NCBI GenBank assembly: GCA_964057225.1
Contig: OZ059896.1
Span: forward strand, 1,302,001-1,366,000
From: Auanema rhodensis
Lineage: Eukaryota; Animalia; Nematoda
Direction of reading: 5' to 3'
Length of the DNA: 64,000 nt
The position numbers and the translations under genes are program-made. Shown in pieces: positions 55,800 to 64,000 of the stretch. Position 1 is the first letter of the stretch. Every line of letters starts with the position of its first letter. Under the pieces are notes generated by a model. That model did no database searches. It saw nothing but the letters and a program-made list of their open reading frames with translations, and was not told the origin of the DNA.

Positions 55800-58700
55800 C
55801 TTCCAAAAACATTTTGACAAAAATTTTTTCGAAAAATTTCAAAATAATTTAGCGAAAAGTAGATGTTTTTAGATTCCTTTTTTTGAGGCGAAAACGATGG
55901 ACAATGTTATTCAACGAAAAAATTAATTCTTCAGGTTGAAAATCGAGGATATAAGTGTGAACTTATATCAGTTGATATCTCGGTGCATTTTCAAGCTAGC
56001 GCAAATCCGATAGTACAGATCGACGCAGCTTAAAAATCCGCATCGAATGCACTATACTACATTGAGAAACGCTTAATACAAAAATTAGTTATGATCGTTT
56101 GAAAAATGATGCATTAGTGTATGTTGAGTTTCCATGTACACTCAAAATTGCTTCCAAAAACATTTTGACAAAAATTTTTTCAAAAAATTTCAAAATAATT
56201 TAGCGAAAAGTAGATGTTTTTAGATTCCTTTTTTCAAGGCAAAAACGATGGACAATGTTATTCAACGAAAAAATTAATTCTTCAGGGTGAAAATCGAGGA
56301 TATAGGTGTGAACTTATATCAGTTGATATCTCGGTGCATTTTCAAGCTAGCGCAAATCTGATAGTACAGATCGACGCAGCTTAAAAATCCGCATCGAATG
56401 CACTATACTACATTGAGAAACGCTTAATACAAAATTTAGTTATGATCGTTTGAAAAATGATGCATTAGTGTATGTTGAGTTTCCATGTACACTCAACATT
56501 GCTTCCAAAAACATTTTGACAAAAATTTTTTCGAAAAATTTCAAAATAATTTAACGAAAAGTAGATGTTTTTAGATTCTTTTTTTCAAGGCAAAAACGAA
56601 GGACAATGTAATTCAACGAAAAAATTAATTCTTCAGGGTGAAAATCGAGGATATAAGTGTGAACTTATATCAGTTCATATCTCGGTGTATTTTCAAGCTA
56701 GCGCAAATCTGATAGTACAGATCGACGCAGCTTAAAAATCCGCATCGAATGCACTATACTAAATTGAGAAACGCTTAATACAAAAATTAGTTATGATCGT
56801 TTGAAAAATGATGCATTAGTGTATGTTGAGTTTCCATGTACACTCAAAATTGCTTCCAAAAACATTTTGACAAAAATTTTTTCGAAAAATTTCAAAATAA
56901 TTTAGCGAAAAGTAGATGTTTTTAGATTCCTTTTTTTGAGGCAAAAACGAAGGACAATGTAATTCAACGAAAAAATTAATTCTTCAGGGTGAAAATCGAG
57001 GATATAGGTGTGAACTTATATCAGTTGATATCTCGGTGCATTTTCAAGCTAGCGCAAATCTGATAGTACAGATCGACGCAGCTTAAAAATCCGCATCGAA
57101 TGCACTATACTACATTGAGAAACGCTTAATACAAAATTTAGTTATGATCGTTTGAAAAATGATGCATTAGTGTATGTTGAGTTTCCATGTACACTCAAAA
57201 TTGCTTCCAAAAACATTTTGACAAAAATTTTTTCGAAAAATTTCAAAATAATTTAGCGAAAAGTAGATGTTTTTAGATTCCTTTTTTTGAGGCAAAAACG
57301 AAGGACAATGTAATTCAACGAAAAAATTAATTCTTCAGGGTGAAAATCGAGGATATAGGTGTGAACTTATATCAGTTGATATCTCGGTGCATTTTCAAGC
57401 TAGCGCAAATCCGATAGTACAGATCGACGCAGCTTAAAAATCCGCATCGAATGCACTATACTACATTGAGAAACGCTTAATACAAAATTTAGTTATGATC
57501 GTTTGAAAAATGATGCATTAGTGTATGTTGAGTTTCCATGTACACTCAACATTGCTTCCAAAAACATTTTGACAAAAATTTTTTCGAAAAATTTCAAAAT
57601 AATTTAGCGAAAAGTAGATGTTTTTAGATTCCTTTTTTCGAGGCAAAAACGATGGACAATGTTATTCAACGAAAAAATTAATTCTTCAGGGTGAAAATCG
57701 AGGATATAAGTGTGAACTTATATCAGTTGATATCTCGGTGCATTTTCAAGCTAGCGCAAATCTGATAGTACAGATCGACGCAGCTTAAAAATCCGCATCG
57801 AATGCACTATACTACATTGAGAAACGCTTAATACAAAATTTAGTTATGATCGTTTGAAAAATGATGCATTAGTGTATGTTGAGTTTCCATGTACACTCAA
57901 CATTGCTTCCAAAAACATTTTGACAAAAATTTTTTCGAAAAATTTCAAAATAATTCAGCGAAAAGTAGATGTTTTTAGATTCCTTTTTTCGAGGCAAAAA
58001 CGATGGACAATGTTATTCAACGAAAAAATTAATTCTTCAGGGTGAAAATCGAGGATATAAGTGTGAACTTATCTCAGTTGATATCTCGGTGCATTTTTAA
58101 GCTAGCGGAAATTTGATAACACAGATCGACGCAGCTTAAAAATCCGCATCGAATGCACTATACTACATTGAGAAACGCTTAATACAAAAATTAGTTATGA
58201 TCGTTTGAAAAATGATGCATTAGTGTATGTTGAGTTTCCATGTACACTCAAAATTGCTTCCAAAAACATTTTGACAAAAATTTTTTCAAAAAATTTCAAA
58301 ATAATTTAGCGAAAAGTAGATGTTTTTAGATTCCTTTTTTCAAGGCAAAAACGATGGACAATGTTATTCAACGAAAAAATTAATTCTTCAGGGTGAAAAT
58401 CGAGGATATAGGTGTGAACTTATATCAGTTGATATCTCGGTGCATTTTCAAGCTAGCGCAAATCTGATAGTACAGATCGACGCAGCTTAAAAATCCGCAT
58501 CGAATGCACTATACTACATTGAGAAACGCTTAATACAAAATTTAGTTATGATCGTTTGAAAAATGATGCATTAGTGTATGTTGAGTTTCCATGTACACTC
58601 AACATTGCTTCCAAAAACATTTTGACAAAAATTTTTTCGAAAAATTTCAAAAAAATTTAACGAAAAGTAGATGTTTTTAGATTCCTTTTTTCAAGGCAAA

Positions 58701-61700
58701 AACGAAGGACAATGTAATTCAACGAAAAAATTAATTCTTCAGGGTGAAAATCGAGGATATAAGTGTGAACTTATATCAGTTCATATCTCGGTGTATTTTC
58801 AAGCTAGCGCAAATCTGATAGTACAGATCGACGCAGCTTAAAAATCCGCATCGAATGCACTATACTAAATTGAGAAACGCTTAATACAAAAATTAGTTAT
58901 GATCGTTTGAAAAATGATGCATTAGTGTATGTTGAGTTTCCATGTACACTCAAAATTGCTTCCAAAAACATTTTGACAAAAATTTTTTCGAAAAATTTCA
59001 AAATAATTTAGCGAAAAGTAGATATTTTAGATTCCTTTTTTTGAGGCAAAAACGAAGGACAATGTAATTCAACGAAAAAATTAATTCTTCAGGGTGAAAA
59101 TCGAGGATATATGTGTGAACTTATATCAGTTGATATCTCGGTGCATTTTCAAGCTAGCGCAAATCTGATAGTACAGATCGACGCAGCTTAAAAATCCGCA
59201 TCGAATGCACTATACTACATTGAGAAACGCTTAATACAAAAATTAGTTATGATCGTTTGAAAAATGATGCATTAGTGTATGTTGAGTTTCCATGTACACT
59301 CAACATTGCTTCCAAAAACATTTTGACAAAAATTTTTTCGAAAAATTTCAAAATAATTTAGCGAAAAGTAGATGTTTTTAGATTCCTTTTTTTGAGGCGA
59401 AAACGATGGACAATGTTATTCAACGAAAAAATTAATTCTTCAGGTTGAAAATCGAGGATATAAGTGTGAACTTATATCAGTTGATATCTCGGTGCATTTT
59501 CAAGCTAGCGCAAATCCGATAGTACAGATCGACGCAGCTTAAAAATCCGCATCGAATGCACTATACTACATTGAGAAACGCTTAATACAAAAATTAGTTA
59601 TGATCGTTTGAAAAATGATGCATTAGTGTATGTTGAGTTTCCATGTACACTCAAAATTGCTTCCAAAAACATTTTGACAAAAATTTTTTCAAAAAATTTC
59701 AAAATAATTTAGCGAAAAGTAGATGTTTTTAGATTCCTTTTTTCAAGGCAAAAACGATGGACAATGTTATTCAACGAAAAAATTAATTCTTCAGGGTGAA
59801 AATCGAGGATATAGGTGTGAACTTATATCAGTTGATATCTCGGTGCATTTTCAAGCTAGCGCAAATCTGATAGTACAGATCGACGCAGCTTAAAAATCCG
59901 CATCGAATGCACTATACTACATTGAGAAACGCTTAATACAAAATTTAGTTATGATCGTTTGAAAAATGATGCATTAGTGTATGTTGAGTTTCCATGTACA
60001 CTCAACATTGCTTCCAAAAACATTTTGACAAAAATTTTTTCGAAAAATTTCAAAATAATTTAACGAAAAGTAGATGTTTTTAGATTCTTTTTTTCAAGGC
60101 AAAAACGAAGGACAATGTAATTCAACGAAAAAATTAATTCTTCAGGGTGAAAATCGAGGATATAAGTGTGAACTTATATCAGTTCATATCTCGGTGTATT
60201 TTCAAGCTAGCGCAAATCTGATAGTACAGATCGACGCAGCTTAAAAATCCGCATCGAATGCACTATACTAAATTGAGAAACGCTTAATACAAAAATTAGT
60301 TATGATCGTTTGAAAAATGATGCATTAGTGTATGTTGAGTTTCCATGTACACTCAAAATTGCTTCCAAAAACATTTTGACAAAAATTTTTTCGAAAAATT
60401 TCAAAATAATTTAGCGAAAAGTAGATGTTTTTAGATTCCTTTTTTTGAGGCAAAAACGAAGGACAATGTAATTCAACGAAAAAATTAATTCTTCAGGGTG
60501 AAAATCGAGGATATAGGTGTGAACTTATATCAGTTGATATCTCGGTGCATTTTCAAGCTAGCGCAAATCTGATAGTACAGATCGACGCAGCTTAAAAATC
60601 CGCATCGAATGCACTATACTACATTGAGAAACGCTTAATACAAAATTTAGTTATGATCGTTTGAAAAATGATGCATTAGTGTATGTTGAGTTTCCATGTA
60701 CACTCAAAATTGCTTCCAAAAACATTTTGACAAAAATTTTTTCGAAAAATTTCAAAATAATTTAGCGAAAAGTAGATGTTTTTAGATTCCTTTTTTTGAG
60801 GCAAAAACGAAGGACAATGTAATTCAACGAAAAAATTAATTCTTCAGGGTGAAAATCGAGGATATAGGTGTGAACTTATATCAGTTGATATCTCGGTGCA
60901 TTTTCAAGCTAGCGCAAATCCGATAGTACAGATCGACGCAGCTTAAAAATCCGCATCGAATGCACTATACTACATTGAGAAACGCTTAATACAAAATTTA
61001 GTTATGATCGTTTGAAAAATGATGCATTAGTGTATGTTGAGTTTCCATGTACACTCAACATTGCTTCCAAAAACATTTTGACAAAAATTTTTTCGAAAAA
61101 TTTCAAAATAATTTAGCGAAAAGTAGATGTTTTTAGATTCCTTTTTTCGAGGCAAAAACGATGGACAATGTTATTCAACGAAAAAATTAATTCTTCAGGG
61201 TGAAAATCGAGGATATAAGTGTGAACTTATATCAGTTGATATCTCGGTGCATTTTCAAGCTAGCGCAAATCTGATAGTACAGATCGACGCAGCTTAAAAA
61301 TCCGCATCGAATGCACTATACTACATTGAGAAACGCTTAATACAAAATTTAGTTATGATCGTTTGAAAAATGATGCATTAGTGTATGTTGAGTTTCCATG
61401 TACACTCAACATTGCTTCCAAAAACATTTTGACAAAAATTTTTTCGAAAAATTTCAAAATAATTCAGCGAAAAGTAGATGTTTTTAGATTCCTTTTTTCG
61501 AGGCAAAAACGATGGACAATGTTATTCAACGAAAAAATTAATTCTTCAGGGTGAAAATCGAGGATATAAGTGTGAACTTATCTCAGTTGATATCTCGGTG
61601 CATTTTTAAGCTAGCGGAAATTTGATAACACAGATCGACGCAGCTTAAAAATCCGCATCGAATGCACTATACTACATTGAGAAACGCTTAATACAAAAAT

Positions 61701-64000
61701 TAGTTATGATCGTTTGAAAAATGATGCATTAGTGTATGTTGAGTTTCCATGTACACTCAAAATTGCTTCCAAAAACATTTTGACAAAAATTTTTTCAAAA
61801 AATTTCAAAATAATTTAGCGAAAAGTAGATGTTTTTAGATTCCTTTTTTCAAGGCAAAAACGATGGACAATGTTATTCAACGAAAAAATTAATTCTTCAG
61901 GGTGAAAATCGAGGATATAGGTGTGAACTTATATCAGTTGATATCTCGGTGCATTTTCAAGCTAGCGCAAATCTGATAGTACAGATCGACGCAGCTTAAA
62001 AATCCGCATCGAATGCACTATACTACATTGAGAAACGCTTAATACAAAATTTAGTTATGATCGTTTGAAAAATGATGCATTAGTGTATGTTGAGTTTCCA
62101 TGTACACTCAACATTGCTTCCAAAAACATTTTGACAAAAATTTTTTCGAAAAATTTCAAAAAAATTTAACGAAAAGTAGATGTTTTTAGATTCCTTTTTT
62201 CAAGGCAAAAACGAAGGACAATGTAATTCAACGAAAAAATTAATTCTTCAGGGTGAAAATCGAGGATATAAGTGTGAACTTATATCAGTTCATATCTCGG
62301 TGTATTTTCAAGCTAGCGCAAATCTGATAGTACAGATCGACGCAGCTTAAAAATCCGCATCGAATGCACTATACTAAATTGAGAAACGCTTAATACAAAA
62401 ATTAGTTATGATCGTTTGAAAAATGATGCATTAGTGTATGTTGAGTTTCCATGTACACTCAAAATTGCTTCCAAAAACATTTTGACAAAAATTTTTTCGA
62501 AAAATTTCAAAATAATTTAGCGAAAAGTAGATATTTTAGATTCCTTTTTTTGAGGCAAAAACGAAGGACAATGTAATTCAACGAAAAAATTAATTCTTCA
62601 GGGTGAAAATCGAGGATATATGTGTGAACTTATATCAGTTGATATCTCGGTGCATTTTCAAGCTAGCGCAAATCTGATAGTACAGATCGACGCAGCTTAA
62701 AAATCCGCATCGAATGCACTATACTACATTGAGAAACGCTTAATACAAAAATTAGTTATGATCGTTTGAAAAATGATGCATTAGTGTATGTTGAGTTTCC
62801 ATGTACACTCAACATTGCTTCCAAAAACATTTTGACAAAAATTTTTTCGAAAAATTTCAAAATAATTTAGCGAAAAGTAGATGTTTTTAGATTCCTTTTT
62901 TCGAGGCGAAAACGATGGACAATGTTATTCAACGAAAAAATTAATTCTTCAGGGTGAAAATCGAGGATATAAGTGTGAACTTATATCAGTTGATATCTCG
63001 GTGCATTTTCAAGCTAGCGCAAATCTGATAGTACAGATCGACGCAGCTTAAAAATCCGCATCGAATGCACTATACTACATTGAGAAACGCTTAATACAAA
63101 AATTAGTTATGATCGTTTGAAAAATGATGCATTAGTGTATGTTGAGTTTCCATGTACACTCAAAATTGCTTCCAAAAACATTTTGACAAAAATTTTTTCA
63201 AAAAATTTCAAAATAATTTAGCGAAAAGTAGATGTTTTTAGATTCCTTTTTTCAAGGCAAAAACGATGGACAATGTTATTCAACGAAAAAATTAATTCTT
63301 CAGGGTGAAAATCGAGGATATAGGTGTGAACTTATATCAGTTGATATCTCGGTGCATTTTCAAGCTAGCGCAAATCTGATAGTACAGATCGACGCAGCTT
63401 AAAAATCCGCATCGAATGCACTATACTACATTGAGAAACGCTTAATACAAAATTTAGTTATGATCGTTTGAAAAATGATGCATTAGTGTATGTTGAGTTT
63501 CCATGTACACTCAACATTGCTTCCAAAAACATTTTGACAAAAATTTTTTCGAAAAATTTCAAAATAATTTAACGAAAAGTAGATGTTTTTAGATTCCTTT
63601 TTTCAAGGCAAAAACGAAGGACAATGTAATTCAACGAAAAAATTAATTCTTCAGGGTGAAAATCGAGGATATAAGTGTGAACTTATATCAGTTCATATCT
63701 CGGTGTATTTTCAAGCTAGCGCAAATCTGATAGTACAGATCGACGCAGCTTAAAAATCCGCATCGAATGCACTATACTAAATTGAGAAACGCTTAATACA
63801 AAAATTAGTTATGATCGTTTGAAAAATGATGCATTAGTGTATGTTGAGTTTCCATGTACACTCAAAATTGCTTCCAAAAACATTTTGACAAAAATTTTTT
63901 CGAAAAATTTCAAAATAATTTAGCGAAAAGTAGATGTTTTTAGATTCCTTTTTTTGAGGCAAAAACGAAGAACAATGTAATTCAACGAAAAAATTAATTC
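55800..64000. repeat. 10-mer higher-order repeat (3509 bp): 55800-59308, 59309-62817, plus the start of a slightly different third copy
   Basis: 'gaggcgaaaac' with 'caggttgaa', 'taattcagcg' with 'ttatctcag', 'caaaaaaatttaacg' and 'gatattttag' all recur at +3509. The ORF-track hits at 57854 and 61363 also differ by 3509. Confidence 0.93.

Larger units (their letters stand above)
1..64000. repeat. Tandem satellite DNA array, 351-bp monomer, 182 full copies plus 130 bp, single orientation, extends beyond both window edges
   Basis: 'cttccaaaaacattttgaca' recurs at 1, 352, 7021 (20x351+1) and 14041 (40x351+1). Later starts (28781, 48781, 63871) fit exactly after subtracting the single-base deletions seen. 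Copies differ by only a few substitutions. Confidence 0.99.

Noticed and set aside
1-64000. CRISPR array or repeat-spacer system
   Set aside because: There are no unique spacers. The whole 351 bp repeats with only point variants, and there are no cas genes.
1-64000. Tandem RNA gene array (5S rRNA, tRNA, spliced leader, snRNA)
   Set aside because: I saw no 5S or tRNA-like sequence or recognisable spliced-leader motif, and no conserved-gene plus variable-spacer partition. An Rfam cmscan would be the formal test.
1-64000. Rolling-circle or concatemer artefact of one small circle
   Set aside because: Copies carry hierarchically shared variants and region-specific subfamilies, which indicates evolutionary history and not replication of a single template.
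1-64000. Variant pattern as a combinatorial code or programmed diversification
   Set aside because: The variant distribution is explained by nested duplication and recombination among monomers. No evidence of directed diversification or associated machinery.

Overview
The whole 64 kb is one uninterrupted, head-to-tail tandem array of a 351-bp AT-rich monomer (about 32% GC by hand count of the consensus). It holds 182 complete copies plus a 130-bp partial copy, in phase 'cttccaaaaacattttgac...' starting at 1, 352, 703 ... 63871. All copies are in the same orientation, with no inversion, transposon insertion, spacer or unique sequence. This is eukaryotic-type satellite DNA (centromeric or heterochromatic by inference); I do not recognise the family or species. 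No real genes are supported: all eight ORFs arise where a point mutation removed a stop codon present in the other copies. The information lies in the variant pattern: local higher-order repeats of 2 to 14 monomers, a diverged subfamily at about 20.4-28 kb, a recurring older ~5-monomer order, long-range paralogy between the 30-37 kb and 49-54 kb regions, and near-absolute monomer length conservation. I found no evidence for a novel gene-based system. Monomers are numbered from position 1.
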